A stretch of 64,000 nucleotides of DNA from a virus: IMG/VR virus record IMGVR_UViG_3300029355_000102; one strand, 5' to 3'. Positions within the stretch are counted from its first letter, which is position 1, and every line of letters begins with the position of its first letter. Below the pieces are notes generated by a model. It was given only the letters and a program-made list of their open reading frames with translations, searched no databases and was not told where the DNA came from. Both the position numbers and the translations under genes were made by a program. Shown in pieces: positions 10,532-21,188 of this stretch.

Positions 10532-10821
10532 CCTTTGAATAATACAAAGGTAGCGCTTTTTTATATAAAATCAAAGAAATCATGTCTATTTAACTTGCTT
10601 TCTTACTTTTAAAGTCAAAAATAGAAGTTGTTGACTGATGTAGTATTATGTGCAATGAAATTGGTTACTTGATTACTTTTAATCATTTTAGAGATTGTCT
10701 ATGTTTAAAATATTCCGTATATTTGTGGCAAAGACAGAGGTCTTGTTTTTATTGCGTCAAAGATTGCATTAAGTATTTTTAATATGCGTACTACTTAAAA
10801 TATGAAGTGTTTTATAAAATA

Positions 10822-10829
10822 AGTAGTAT
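10822..10829 (+). promoter_or_regulatory. Bacteroides-type -7 promoter element TAtaTTTG
   Basis: exact match to TAnnTTTG consensus about 7 nt upstream of the putative sRNA 5' end; a second copy at 10716-10723. Confidence 0.35.
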
Positions 10830-10835
10830 ATTTGT

Positions 10836-10960
10836 GCCCGTAACAAGAAGGGAAGGCTTGGTGCAATCGACATACTACGAAGTTTGAGCCAGTCGTGGCT
10901 ATTCTTAATATATCGCCTGCAACGTCCTTCCCCTTTGGTTGCAGGCTTTATTTTTTTTCT
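10836..10960 (+). ncRNA. candidate small RNA (about 125 nt) bounded by promoter and terminator
   Basis: no ORF; -7 box upstream; 3' end is a 9-bp GC stem (gcctgcaac/gttgcaggc) followed by tttatttttttt. Confidence 0.35.
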
Positions 10961-11337
10961 AAAGCCTTACTTATTAGCGGTTCTATCAGTGCCCACCGCG
11001 CGGACTTGTCACCCGTGAGATAAAAAGGCTCTTTGTCACATAGGATATATCAAAGTAAGATTAAAACCTCAAAGCTGATCCGCTTACCATCAGGAGGTCA
11101 ACCCAAACAACATACATTCTTGCTTTGAAGAATGGCACCGGAGAAAGTGTTGCTTATAGTGGCTGGTTTATTTCTCTGAAAATTCAGAAAAATCGAGTTT
11201 TTGACAATATACACATAGTATAAAGAGAAATAAATAAAAATCTCCTGAACTTGCTTATATGTATGTTTGGGAGAAAAGGGTAAGAAATAGTATGCAAGTA
11301 AAATATAAAAAACATTGTATGAAGACAAATCAAGAAA

Positions 11338-12044
11338 TGGTGCGATACATTGATAGTTTTTCTGTGGTTCAGCGCACGAGTGATGGTTATTTTGACGGAA
11401 CTGAATTGCTTCGGCAGTGGAATAATGTAGAAGGGAATCCGAGAAGGCAAATGAGTAAATTCTTAGAATCTGATAATACATCAGAGTTTTTGAAAGCTCT
11501 TGCAGAGGATGAAAGCCATAGAGCAAAAATGCTCATTGGTGAAAATCAACTACTTATAAAAGTTAAGGGTAGAAATACGAAAGAAGGCAAAACACCCGAT
11601 AAAGTTTGGATGAATCCGCTTCTGTTTATCAAATTTGCTATGTGGATAAATCCGTCTTTTGAAGTCAAAGTATTACGGTTTGTGTACGATGAAATGATTC
11701 GCTATCGAAACGATGCCGGGGATGCTTACAAAGAACTTGGCTCTGCCGTTCAGAAGATAGTTCCTAAAGAGTTTATGCCGAAAGCAATGCAAAAGGTTGG
11801 GGAAGCATTGAATTGGGTTGTGTTTAACTCACATGAGAAAATGCTTCGCAACAAGCAGGGTGATGAAAGCAAACAACGCGAACTGTGGCAGCTTGAAAAG
11901 AAGGTGGCTGATTTAATCAACGAGGGATTCATTACCAACTTCGATAATTTAATATCATACCTTAGAAAACAATATTCAAAAAGGAACTATCCTGCCGTGT
12001 TCCAATTACAGCAAGAAAATACAAATTTTATCCACTATAAATAA
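11338..12044 (+). CDS. KilA-N domain protein (antirepressor-like)
   Basis: DGYFDGTELLRQW ... WMNPLLFIKFAMWINPSFEVKVLRFV matches KilA-N; ORF track start 11259 probably too early. Confidence 0.55.
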
Positions 12045-12053
12045 TAAATCAAT

Positions 12054-12485
12054 ATGGAATTAGTAGAATTTATGAGCAACAAAGAATGCGTTGTAGAAAC
12101 ATTCAAAGTAAATGGTCTTATTGCAAAAGACAATACGGTAACAGAGAAAGGTTTAATGGCTATACAGTTCTATTTAGATATGATAGAGCAAAAGAAGCCA
12201 GAATTAGAAAATTGTCAAACGGCTTATATGTCATGTAGTGAGGTGGAGGAATGGGAAAAGAAAAACGCTGCGGCTTCGGTAAGTTTTGACAGCGGAGGGG
12301 TAGTCGAGTTTCTCCCGATAGAAATGTTCTCAAAAGATGCTAAAATAGAAAAGGGAGGTGGCATAAAAGGTATGCTTATTTCAATGTGCGATTGCGCATG
12401 TGAAGATGAAATATCCGAAATAGTATCTTCAAATGATGAAATTCGTAAATTGAGAGATGCGCTTAACAAATATCTCGAAAGCTGA
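12054..12485 (+). CDS. hypothetical protein
   Basis: 143-aa ORF co-directional with KilA-N gene. Confidence 0.35.
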   Translation: MELVEFMSNKECVVETFKVNGLIAKDNTVTEKGLMAIQFYLDMIEQKKPELENCQTAYMSCSEVEEWEKKNAAASVSFDSGGVVEFLPIEMFSKDAKIEKGGGIKGMLISMCDCACEDEISEIVSSNDEIRKLRDALNKYLES

Positions 12486-12588
12486 ATACTTTTGGCTAAG
12501 AGTGGCAAAATGCACAAATAAATTGGGCTGACTTCGGAGCCAGCCCTAATCTTGTCAAAATAGAATAAAACATTCCATGCGTCTATTA

Positions 12589-12987
12589 CTATTTCTTTTT
12601 CAATTTAGCATAGTTATATAATGTAAGTGTTTTATCATTCATATTTAAACTAAAAACCATTCTTTTTACATCATTTATTACAATAAAAGTGGTGTAATCT
12701 TCTGATGCAATATTATAGTTCCAAGTCCCATTATCAATGTCAAAGTTTTCTATTTTGACAGTTTTATCGGGATTGAATGTAAATTTAGCATCAGAATATC
12801 CCCAATTTGCATCTACCCATATACCACTTATACTATTCCACAAATGCGTAACTTTCCATACTCCAATAATATTTTCATCAAGCCACTCTTTATTTTTATC
12901 AATATAGATATTTTCTTTCTCATTATCAGATGAACACGATGTAAAAAGCATAGATAATATGCTAAAAATAAGTATTATATTTTTCAT
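12589..12987 (-). CDS. lipoprotein (lipobox FTSC)
   Basis: signal peptide MKNIILIFSILSMLFTSC then hydrophilic beta-rich domain. Confidence 0.55.
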   Translation of the reverse strand: MKNIILIFSILSMLFTSCSSDNEKENIYIDKNKEWLDENIIGVWKVTHLWNSISGIWVDANWGYSDAKFTFNPDKTVKIENFDIDNGTWNYNIASEDYTTFIVINDVKRMVFSLNMNDKTLTLYNYAKLKKK

Positions 12988-12988
12988 T

Positions 12989-13375
12989 TTAATTCTGTTT
13001 ATGTTTTGATTTGTAAATAAATGCAGCTTCTGTGATTGTTGCTAATGCTTTCAGTATTGGCATCGCTATTATGTTGGATATTATTCCAGCCAGTCCTATT
13101 ATGAACCACCCCAAATGACGTTCTATTTTATAGGCTTCAAATTCACATGCAAATAGCGTAACAACAAAGATTAAAGCTGATATGATAAGCATTATCACTG
13201 ATAAGTCATATAATCTCCTTAATCCTATGACACCACTTCCTGAAAATTCAAGTTGGTTTTCATTATTAGATTCAACTATTGAACTATCTTTTTTCTTTAT
13301 TGGGTTATACCCACAATACTTGCAAATGGTAAAACTGTCATCATTTGCACATCCACATGATTCACATTTCCACAT
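12989..13375 (-). CDS. zinc-ribbon membrane protein
   Basis: N-terminal CxxC...CxxC then two predicted TM helices. Confidence 0.5.
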   Translation of the reverse strand: MWKCESCGCANDDSFTICKYCGYNPIKKKDSSIVESNNENQLEFSGSGVIGLRRLYDLSVIMLIISALIFVVTLFACEFEAYKIERHLGWFIIGLAGIISNIIAMPILKALATITEAAFIYKSKHKQN

Positions 13376-13378
13376 AAC

Positions 13379-13600
13379 CTATATATCTAAATATTTAATG
13401 CCAAAGTAAAAACCTAACACCACTACAAAAAGTACGTATAGTGGCAATAGCCATGACCCTCCGAAAACACTAAAGCAAATCAGTAGAATCACTACTATCC
13501 AAACTAAAACTCCTAACATATAATAACCTCTTTTATAATTAAATACAAAAGTATTAATAAATAAAATTATGGCAAATGATATTTTTATGTTTTTCAACAT
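13379..13600 (-). CDS. small membrane protein
   Basis: 73 aa, highly hydrophobic, 2-3 TM segments. Confidence 0.45.
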   Translation of the reverse strand: MLKNIKISFAIILFINTFVFNYKRGYYMLGVLVWIVVILLICFSVFGGSWLLPLYVLFVVVLGFYFGIKYLDI

Positions 13601-13728
13601 ACATGTGGAACTAAAGTGAAGTTTGAGTATAATAATCTACTAAAAAATATTTTTATGGTATTATTTTCTATGATAATATAGAAAATACAACTATATTTGC
13701 GTTGAAATAAGATTAAAGTATAAGGCCA

Positions 13729-13778
13729 TAGAGCTTGTTGTGGAGACTAAATATCTCTGCGGCAAGCTCTTTTTTTAT
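13729..13778 (+). terminator. hairpin + T7 terminator/insulator at right edge of moron
   Basis: agagcttg...caagctct stem followed by ttttttt. Confidence 0.4.
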
Positions 13779-13780
13779 AT

Positions 13781-14299
13781 GTGTATATGAACGAACCGTA
13801 TTCTATTTTGATGCAGAAAACTACCGAGAATGCTCCGGTCAAAGACAGCTTGGCGCATTTTGGAATTGTGTGCACTGAATTTCCGTTCAAGCCGGGTGGG
13901 GAAACGAAAGATTTACCCAAACGGGATTGGTCGGATGAAGACGGTGAAGATACTTACATACCCGACAAGCTACCATTAAAAGCATACGACTTGGAGGCCG
14001 AGATGTGCTATAAGGGGGATTTGGGTACTGCATACGATAAAATTATGGCCTTTCAAAACTATCTTACGGGAGAGAATGGTGACGGTGCCACTTTGAAAAT
14101 ATATAACTCGCACACGGGTATCGGGCGACAAGGACTTTACTTGCTGGAGGTTGGAGATTTTGAATTTAACAAGTCCAATATGGATGAAGTCTTGACCTTC
14201 CCGGTAAAATTTAGAGTAACTGATCCTCGAACTCAAATAATCCCCTCGTATAGTGTTGCGGAACCGACAAAGATAGTTGCATTGGTTGAAAAAGTATAG
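13781..14299 (+). CDS. hypothetical distal tail protein
   Basis: 172-aa ORF resuming + strand tail operon. Confidence 0.4.
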   Translation: MYMNEPYSILMQKTTENAPVKDSLAHFGIVCTEFPFKPGGETKDLPKRDWSDEDGEDTYIPDKLPLKAYDLEAEMCYKGDLGTAYDKIMAFQNYLTGENGDGATLKIYNSHTGIGRQGLYLLEVGDFEFNKSNMDEVLTFPVKFRVTDPRTQIIPSYSVAEPTKIVALVEKV

Positions 14300-17174
14300 C
14301 TGTATGGCATGGAAGGTTTATGATAAAACTGGCAATACGGTACGTTGTACGCTGAAAAGTTTGGAGTATAATGGTACATGGATGGGTGCATGTTTTGTGA
14401 CAAGCACTCTGAAAAGTGCCGTGCCCATTCTTTTTGAGATAGGTGACTATGTTATGTACCGTGGCGAGAAGTTTGAGATAAACTATGATCCTACGGCATT
14501 AAAAAAGGCGGCAAGAAAAACTTCGGGAGAAGCGTTTGTTTATGATAACATAAAGTTTAACTGGCCGGGAGATGAATTGACGCGATGTGATTTTCTTGAT
14601 TATGTGAAAAGTGATAATCAGATACACTTCACTTCTTTGCCAAAGTTCAGTTTCTTCGCTTCGTCTATACAAGATTTGGCAGACCGTGTTCAAGTAAATC
14701 TTGACCGTATATATACCGGAGCACAAAAATGGACGGTTGTCGTACACCCTGAATATGTGAGCACTACCAATGTAAACATTGATGTGAACAATATAAAGGT
14801 ATGGGGCGCATTGGAGTTGCTCAATTCAAAATTTGGTGCGAACTTTGTTATTCGTGGCCGAACAATAACAATCGGTACTGCCGGTATTGCTGTGGGCAAT
14901 ATTTTCAAGTATGGACGTGGAAACGGTTTGTACGAAATTCAACGTACAGCCGATGCGGATCAACAGATTATTACGCGATTGCGTGCATACGGTAGTACAA
15001 GAAATATGCCTAACCGGTATTATAATAAGCTCTCAAACAGTTCTCTTACCAATTATTTGCCGAATAACATGGCCGTGGAAAATCTGATGTTACCTGATTT
15101 TCCTAAGACAACGCTTGATCCATATATTGACAGCAAGAATATTGCTGTGCTTGGCATTCGGGAAGGGAGTGTTTATTTTGACGGTACCGGTGATTTGGAA
15201 GAAATATGTCCTTCAATGGAAGGTATGACCGCCGAACAGTTGAAAGATGCAGGTATTTATGTATCGTTGGATGCCGGGGATAATGGCAATCTTGACGAAG
15301 TGGCTGATGCCGAACAACTGACAGATGATGGTACAATGGATAGCCTGAAAGAAGGTGAAGATGTCCCACCTTTTACAATAACGCTAAAAGATGTTGGTTT
15401 CAATATAAACGATTACCTAACTTCTGAAACAGCCACCATTAGCATGAAAAACGGCATGTGTGGTGGCCGGGATTTTGAAATAACCAAATGTGAGAAGAAG
15501 GGCAATAAATATGTGCTGACTTGTAACCGTGTATATGATGAAAGTCTGAAATTATATTTCCCATACAAGGATTACAATATAAAGTCCGGTGACAAGTTTG
15601 TCCTGCTTTATATTGATATGCCGGACGTTTATATTCAGGCCGCTTCACAACGGTTGCTTGCTACCGCGAAAAAATATCTTGCAAAGAATGACTATGTGCG
15701 CTATTCGTATGAACCGAAGGTGGATGATATTTTCATGGCACGCCAACATGATGAGGCTGTTGCAAGGGGGGAAGCAAGCATACATGATACTTTGAAAGAA
15801 GGGGACTTGATGCTATTCACTGATAGCGATCTTGGTATTGAAGGCAGCATCATTATTGATACCCTTATTATCAAAGAGGGAGAAAATATGATACCGAAGT
15901 ACACTATGACACTTCGGGAGGAAAAGGCTGTTGGATCGCTTGAAAAAATCCAAAATCAGATAGACTCTATTGCAGGTGGTGGGCAGGGAACCGGTGGCTT
16001 GAATACCCAACAGATACAGTCTATCATCCGTTCACTGGGCAATCAGCTTTTTCTTTCGCGCACCCACAATGATACGGCAGCTGGGCTTATCGGCTTCTTA
16101 GCCGGTGCTATCTTTGGTGCAAGCGGTTTTGCAGAGGGTTTGACCGGCTTTGGGGCGAAAATAGACAGCATGGGACGTGGGTATATGGAAAGCCTCACGT
16201 TACGCAGGTTTTTAGAGGTGCCGGAATTGCGTTTTAACCGTGCTGAAATTGTGCTTGGTGACAAATGGCGTTCTCCCGGTGCTGGAATTATAGAGAGTGT
16301 TGAGCCTGATTATGATGCTGATGGTAACTTGCTACGTTCCGGGACAATAAGTTTGAAATTACAAGACGGTGAAATAGGTGCTGTGGCTGTGGATGATATT
16401 TGCATGGGGTATTTCCATGACTATGAAACGCCGGGGAATAATGCGGTATCTGATATAGATGATAGCCGTGGCAACCGTATGTTTGCCGGTTTCTGTACAA
16501 TCTATTTTCGTATTACAGAAATATTGGATGCCGGAACAAACAAAAGGTTTCGCTATGTGCTTCGTGGTGTTTCTGATCGTTGGCAATATTCTTTCCATCC
16601 GTGTGAGGCTTTGCATTTTGTCGCTTATGGCAACTTTACAAACAAGGAACGCCAGACTTCCGCTTATGAGACGAGGACATACCGCCGTTTCTTGGTAGGG
16701 GTAAATGACTGGGAGTTTACAAAGAGTATGGTTGCAATGCAGGATGGGGATTTGAGCAATCTCAACATCTTCGGGTTGGATATGACCGGTTATTCCGCTT
16801 ATCTGAATAACATTTATATGACCGGCACAATCGAACAGTTACAGATAGATGCACCAGTACGCATTGAGATTGATACGCAAGGTGACAATTTTCTTGCTTA
16901 TGGTGAATCAATGGAAATTACTTGCAAGGTCTTTAAAGGTTGGGAGGATATTACAGACACAGTTAGACAATGGGCTATCCGAAGGGATAGTGGAGATACC
17001 GCCGATGATGAAGCTTGGAATATCAAGCATAAAGATTTCAACGGTTCAATAACGATACATAACACAAAGGAAATTAGTGATTTAGGAAATAATTCAGTAA
17101 CAGTGGTAAGTACCTTGTTTACCATAACGGCAACAAATGATACTGCATCAGTAGAAGCAATTGTGACGATATGA
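14277..17174 (+). CDS. large tail/baseplate protein (965 aa)
   Basis: long ORF after distal tail protein, typical position of tail tip/hub protein. Confidence 0.5.
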   Translation: MHWLKKYSCMAWKVYDKTGNTVRCTLKSLEYNGTWMGACFVTSTLKSAVPILFEIGDYVMYRGEKFEINYDPTALKKAARKTSGEAFVYDNIKFNWPGDELTRCDFLDYVKSDNQIHFTSLPKFSFFASSIQDLADRVQVNLDRIYTGAQKWTVVVHPEYVSTTNVNIDVNNIKVWGALELLNSKFGANFVIRGRTITIGTAGIAVGNIFKYGRGNGLYEIQRTADADQQIITRLRAYGSTRNMPNRYYNKLSNSSLTNYLPNNMAVENLMLPDFPKTTLDPYIDSKNIAVLGIREGSVYFDGTGDLEEICPSMEGMTAEQLKDAGIYVSLDAGDNGNLDEVADAEQLTDDGTMDSLKEGEDVPPFTITLKDVGFNINDYLTSETATISMKNGMCGGRDFEITKCEKKGNKYVLTCNRVYDESLKLYFPYKDYNIKSGDKFVLLYIDMPDVYIQAASQRLLATAKKYLAKNDYVRYSYEPKVDDIFMARQHDEAVARGEASIHDTLKEGDLMLFTDSDLGIEGSIIIDTLIIKEGENMIPKYTMTLREEKAVGSLEKIQNQIDSIAGGGQGTGGLNTQQIQSIIRSLGNQLFLSRTHNDTAAGLIGFLAGAIFGASGFAEGLTGFGAKIDSMGRGYMESLTLRRFLEVPELRFNRAEIVLGDKWRSPGAGIIESVEPDYDADGNLLRSGTISLKLQDGEIGAVAVDDICMGYFHDYETPGNNAVSDIDDSRGNRMFAGFCTIYFRITEILDAGTNKRFRYVLRGVSDRWQYSFHPCEALHFVAYGNFTNKERQTSAYETRTYRRFLVGVNDWEFTKSMVAMQDGDLSNLNIFGLDMTGYSAYLNNIYMTGTIEQLQIDAPVRIEIDTQGDNFLAYGESMEITCKVFKGWEDITDTVRQWAIRRDSGDTADDEAWNIKHKDFNGSITIHNTKEISDLGNNSVTVVSTLFTITATNDTASVEAIVTI

Positions 17175-18376
17175 TAGAGAGTGAAAAGAAAAGAATCAGA
17201 AAAGAGTTTCAACCGCTTACGATTGCAGTAAGCTTGAAGATAATGACACCGAACAGTCCGGCCAATCAGGTCTATAATCCGGTGGCAAATGAATATGATC
17301 CTGACCGTGGGGGTACTCCGCTGGTGATTTTACCGGAAGTCATAGCGAATGCCGCTGACGGTAGCTGGGATATGCCTTATGTTAATTCTTTGTTGGCAGA
17401 AATGAACTGGTTTGCTAATGGAGAGAATATTTCTGCAATCAGTTCATGGAATGGGAAGTACAGTATAGATACGGTTGGAGATACACGCGGTGCCATTACC
17501 ATAAGCAGAAATGTGGCTCCGGGTGAAAGTTTTGAGTTGTATTTTGAAGGTCTGATAGCTGATACCCGGCTTGGGGTGAATATTCCCGTTAAGACTGACT
17601 CTATCATGTTGACAACGGTAGATAAGAGTGAAGATACCTACGGTTTGTCTATTGGGGATAGTCAGATAATCCAGTACAATCCATTTCTTGACAAGCTTTT
17701 GTTGTATGATTACAAGGTAGCCAACAATTTGATTTCCGCATCTACGGCCAATAGGAATGCAGCTTTGGATGAAAATTCATACGAGCGCACCATTCCACTT
17801 ATGGTAACAAAGGGAGTGAATAAAATAACTACCGGATATACAATTGAACTTTATCAGGTGAACAGCATATCAAGTCAAACAATGCTGACTACCGCAAACC
17901 ATGAAATAGTGGCTTTGTCCTTAACCAGCCTGACAATGGACTTGCGTTTGGTCGAGAAGGGGGATTACTTGCTGTTGGTGAAGGTTGGTGGAAAGGAGGT
18001 TGCAAGACAGCAATTCTCCGTCAATCGTGTTTATCCAAAATTTACGTGCATACCGGCAAGTCAGGCTTCCATCAATCCTGATGAAATCCTGCATAGGAAT
18101 ATAGCTATGGTACAGTGGAATGGCGAAATTGTGCCGATACCGGCACCGATTATCCGCATGGTATGGTTTACGGACAGTGCAAATAAGACCGGGGTACAAT
18201 GGCAGGAAGGGGAAAAAACTGTGATAATGTTGGATGGAACCGGTATTGGTGAAACTTATCTTGACGATTGGTTGGACGTGTACATTAAGGCCGAGCAAAA
18301 AAAGGCTTTCTCTGTATTGACTGATGGGACAAATGAATATACGGACAGTAACGGGAACATATATATAAATAATTGA
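17171..18376 (+). CDS. hypothetical baseplate/tail protein
   Basis: 401-aa ORF, overlapping starts. Confidence 0.45.
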   Translation: MIESEKKRIRKEFQPLTIAVSLKIMTPNSPANQVYNPVANEYDPDRGGTPLVILPEVIANAADGSWDMPYVNSLLAEMNWFANGENISAISSWNGKYSIDTVGDTRGAITISRNVAPGESFELYFEGLIADTRLGVNIPVKTDSIMLTTVDKSEDTYGLSIGDSQIIQYNPFLDKLLLYDYKVANNLISASTANRNAALDENSYERTIPLMVTKGVNKITTGYTIELYQVNSISSQTMLTTANHEIVALSLTSLTMDLRLVEKGDYLLLVKVGGKEVARQQFSVNRVYPKFTCIPASQASINPDEILHRNIAMVQWNGEIVPIPAPIIRMVWFTDSANKTGVQWQEGEKTVIMLDGTGIGETYLDDWLDVYIKAEQKKAFSVLTDGTNEYTDSNGNIYINN

Positions 18377-18377
18377 T

Positions 18378-18611
18378 ATGAGGTATGTTGTAGCAAATAA
18401 GGAAAAGGCTTTGGATGCCGGGGTTCTGTTGTTGGGGCACTTGGTAAAGGGAGAATCCATCATCTTGAATGAAAAGGAGGTAATGTGCCTGCCTTCTCTT
18501 GATGGAGAACTGGAAGATAGAATACTGTTGTTGGACGGTATTGTTTATACTAATACAAGCATGAATCAAATTATATCAGAAGGAGGTTGGGAATATGGCA
18601 GAAAATTATAG
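18378..18611 (+). CDS. hypothetical small protein
   Basis: 77-aa ORF in operon. Confidence 0.3.
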   Translation: MRYVVANKEKALDAGVLLLGHLVKGESIILNEKEVMCLPSLDGELEDRILLLDGIVYTNTSMNQIISEGGWEYGRKL

Positions 18612-19617
18612 TGCCCAAAATAGCATCACGATTAAACGTCTTCGTTCCAATGACAGCCTGATGCTGACTTTTGAAAATAATGGCATTCCATTGTTTCAGG
18701 CCGTAGATGAAGAAAGTGGGGCTGTCTCTCCTGATTGGAGTATAGCTGCGAATCAGCCGGTACGGACACCCAAAGTAACTTCGGCACGTGGGTTGGCGGT
18801 CAGTTTGTCAGGCCATAGTTGGGCTTATAATGGAGTGGCTTTAAATTTTAACGGTGCGGAAAGTGGAGGTTGGAAAAAAGACAGTACGGGCAAATTCTCT
18901 TTGAATGCCAGTACCGGTGCCATTAAAATTGTCGGAAACTTGGCAAGCAAAACGAATATTGCAGGAGATACATTGACTTATTCATGTGTCGCTTCTACGG
19001 CAGGTGTTGAGTATAATTTGACTGGGGAACTGCCTATTGCCATTCAGAACATGGGAGCCAGTTCTTATTATCTTGCTATTCTTGCAAGTACCGAGCAGCT
19101 AACAAGTAAAGTAACAAGTTGTACTCTGACTACAAAACTGTATGCCGGTGCTAATGCTATTACCGATTACTATATAAAATGGTATAAGGACACGGCGGTT
19201 TGGACTGATAAGAACGGACAAAAGAGCATAACTGTTACCCGTGGTGATGTGGATGGTACTCAATTGTTCATAGCGGAAGTTTATCAGTCTTCAAGTGCTT
19301 CACAGCCGATAGCACGTGCTGGGGTACGCATTGTTGACACAGCAGATGAATTTCAGATTGTGTGTTATATAACTTCTTCTAACAAAGAGGTTGATACCGG
19401 ACAGCCCGTTACTGTAAGTGCCAAGATTGTAAATATGACTACTGGATCAACTTATACTCCTACTTCCGCATCGTGGACTATGGATGTGATGGATAAGGAA
19501 AACTGGAAGAGTTTGAAACATTCTACAACAAATTCTATATCTGTAACAACAACGGAAACTGACAGAAACGGGACTCAATATGATGTTGATGTTTTGGCAG
19601 AATGTCATTTTAATTAA
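18595..19617 (+). CDS. hypothetical tail fibre-associated protein
   Basis: 340-aa ORF, Ser/Thr-rich. Confidence 0.4.
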   Translation: MAENYSAQNSITIKRLRSNDSLMLTFENNGIPLFQAVDEESGAVSPDWSIAANQPVRTPKVTSARGLAVSLSGHSWAYNGVALNFNGAESGGWKKDSTGKFSLNASTGAIKIVGNLASKTNIAGDTLTYSCVASTAGVEYNLTGELPIAIQNMGASSYYLAILASTEQLTSKVTSCTLTTKLYAGANAITDYYIKWYKDTAVWTDKNGQKSITVTRGDVDGTQLFIAEVYQSSSASQPIARAGVRIVDTADEFQIVCYITSSNKEVDTGQPVTVSAKIVNMTTGSTYTPTSASWTMDVMDKENWKSLKHSTTNSISVTTTETDRNGTQYDVDVLAECHFN

Positions 19618-19637
19618 CATAAAAACAAAATAATATT

Positions 19638-20957
19638 ATGGCAACTAAAGGATTAGGAAATGAAACATTGGTGACCTCCATTCTGCGTTCCAATACAGTA
19701 TTGGTGGAAGTTGGTGGTAGTGTCAGACGCATTACCGTGGAAAACTTCATGAATGCTATTAATAATGGTGACGAACAAATGTTGAGGCAGGTGGCTTGGG
19801 GGATTCCAATCAAACAATCAACCCAAAGTAGCACGAACTATGGTGTGATAGGTAATACAGCCGCATGGACAGAATACAAGTTGTATTGTGGCCGTTATCT
19901 CGTAACGAATGATGGAAGGGCTGCTAAAATGTCCCCTACCAATAGTGCGGTGTTTGCTGATGGTACTGCGGTGGATGAAACCAAAGGGCATGTGATGTGG
20001 ATAGGGCCACGTTTGTATTATCGTGTACAGACTGACAGTGTAAGTGGTGTACCAGTCTTATGGCTCTCGATGCTACCTATTGGCGGTGAGTTTATTGGTG
20101 GGGCAAATGGTGGAATGTATAACTGTATCGGTGCATACAAAGGCTCCATGTCAGGTAGCGCACTTGTTTCACGTTCAGGAGTTGCACCGGCAGGCAGCAA
20201 GACAATCAACGCATTTTGGAATGCTGCACAAGTGAACGGTAAGGAATGGGGACTGACCGATTACGATCAGAGAAAGCTTATTATGATGTTGGGGCTGTCC
20301 CAGTACGGAGATACCAATATTCAAGCCAAACTTGGTTATGGTGTGGGTGGTAGCTCCAGTAAAGACTTGTGGGCTGCTGCGGCAGCATTGCAAACTGGCG
20401 CAACAAAGAGTCTCGGTGACAATTGGGGCAAAATAGCTATTTCTGTGGTGAATGGAAGTAATACTGGAGTGGATTGTTCACGGGTGAACATGATGGGTAT
20501 AGAAGATCCTTATGGGTGGCAGTGGGAATTTCTGCAAGGAGTATTTTGCGGTAGTTCCAACAATAGTGCTCAAAGTGGAACGGAAATTTTCATTTACAAA
20601 GGAAACCGTTTACCGACTACTGCTGAATTAGCTGCGCATCCAAATGGTGAATACAGACAAGCTACCCGTCAGACAGCTTCCGGTCAAGTGCAGGAAATAA
20701 TTCTTGGGGAGCATTTTGATATTTTCCCGAAAAAGATTGGTGGAAACAGCACTTCTTATTGGGCTGATTATTCATGGGCAAACACTACTGGGCAGCTGGT
20801 TCTTTGGGGCGGTAATGCGAATGACGGTGCGAGTTGCGGCCTCGCTTATGCGAACTCGAATGCCGATTGGTCGCGCTCGCTTGCGTCTTTCGGCTCTCGC
20901 CTTGCGTATTTTGGGAATTTAACATTTGTTAGCGGTGCATCTTTGATGGCTGCATAA
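19638..20957 (+). CDS. DGR target protein 1: tail fibre/receptor-binding protein with C-terminal variable region
   Basis: 439-aa ORF; its last 108 nt of coding sequence (VR1) are a near copy of the downstream template repeat, differing only at TR adenines. Confidence 0.8.
   Translation: MATKGLGNETLVTSILRSNTVLVEVGGSVRRITVENFMNAINNGDEQMLRQVAWGIPIKQSTQSSTNYGVIGNTAAWTEYKLYCGRYLVTNDGRAAKMSPTNSAVFADGTAVDETKGHVMWIGPRLYYRVQTDSVSGVPVLWLSMLPIGGEFIGGANGGMYNCIGAYKGSMSGSALVSRSGVAPAGSKTINAFWNAAQVNGKEWGLTDYDQRKLIMMLGLSQYGDTNIQAKLGYGVGGSSSKDLWAAAAALQTGATKSLGDNWGKIAISVVNGSNTGVDCSRVNMMGIEDPYGWQWEFLQGVFCGSSNNSAQSGTEIFIYKGNRLPTTAELAAHPNGEYRQATRQTASGQVQEIILGEHFDIFPKKIGGNSTSYWADYSWANTTGQLVLWGGNANDGASCGLAYANSNADWSRSLASFGSRLAYFGNLTFVSGASLMAA
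20794..20901 (+). repeat. DGR variable repeat 1 (VR1)
   Basis: 108/108 nt alignable to TR 21081-21188; 11 mismatches, all at TR A positions; shared GC-rich 3' end ggctctcgcc. Confidence 0.85.
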
Positions 20958-21080
20958 TAGATTTTGAAATATTAGTTCTTTGAATTTCAATTAATTAAAA
21001 CCCGTCCACCTTCTCGTTTTACGGCAACGGATAACGGGACGAAAGCCGAAAGGCGTGGACGGTTGGCAGAGGGGAACAAG

Positions 21081-21188
21081 AGCTGGTTCTTTGGGGCGGT
21101 AATGCGAATAACGGTGCGAATTGCGGCCTCGCTTATGCGAACTCGAATAACGATTGGTCGAACTCGAATGCGAATATCGGCTCTCGCC
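21081..21188 (+). repeat. DGR template repeat (TR)
   Basis: non-coding copy rich in AAT/AAC; every VR1/VR2 difference maps to an adenine here. Confidence 0.85.

Noticed and set aside
11098-11526. Minus-strand ORFs (142 and 88 aa) upstream of and overlapping the KilA-N gene
   Set aside because: Low-complexity AT-rich translations in a promoter/5'-UTR region, antisense to the KilA-N gene start.
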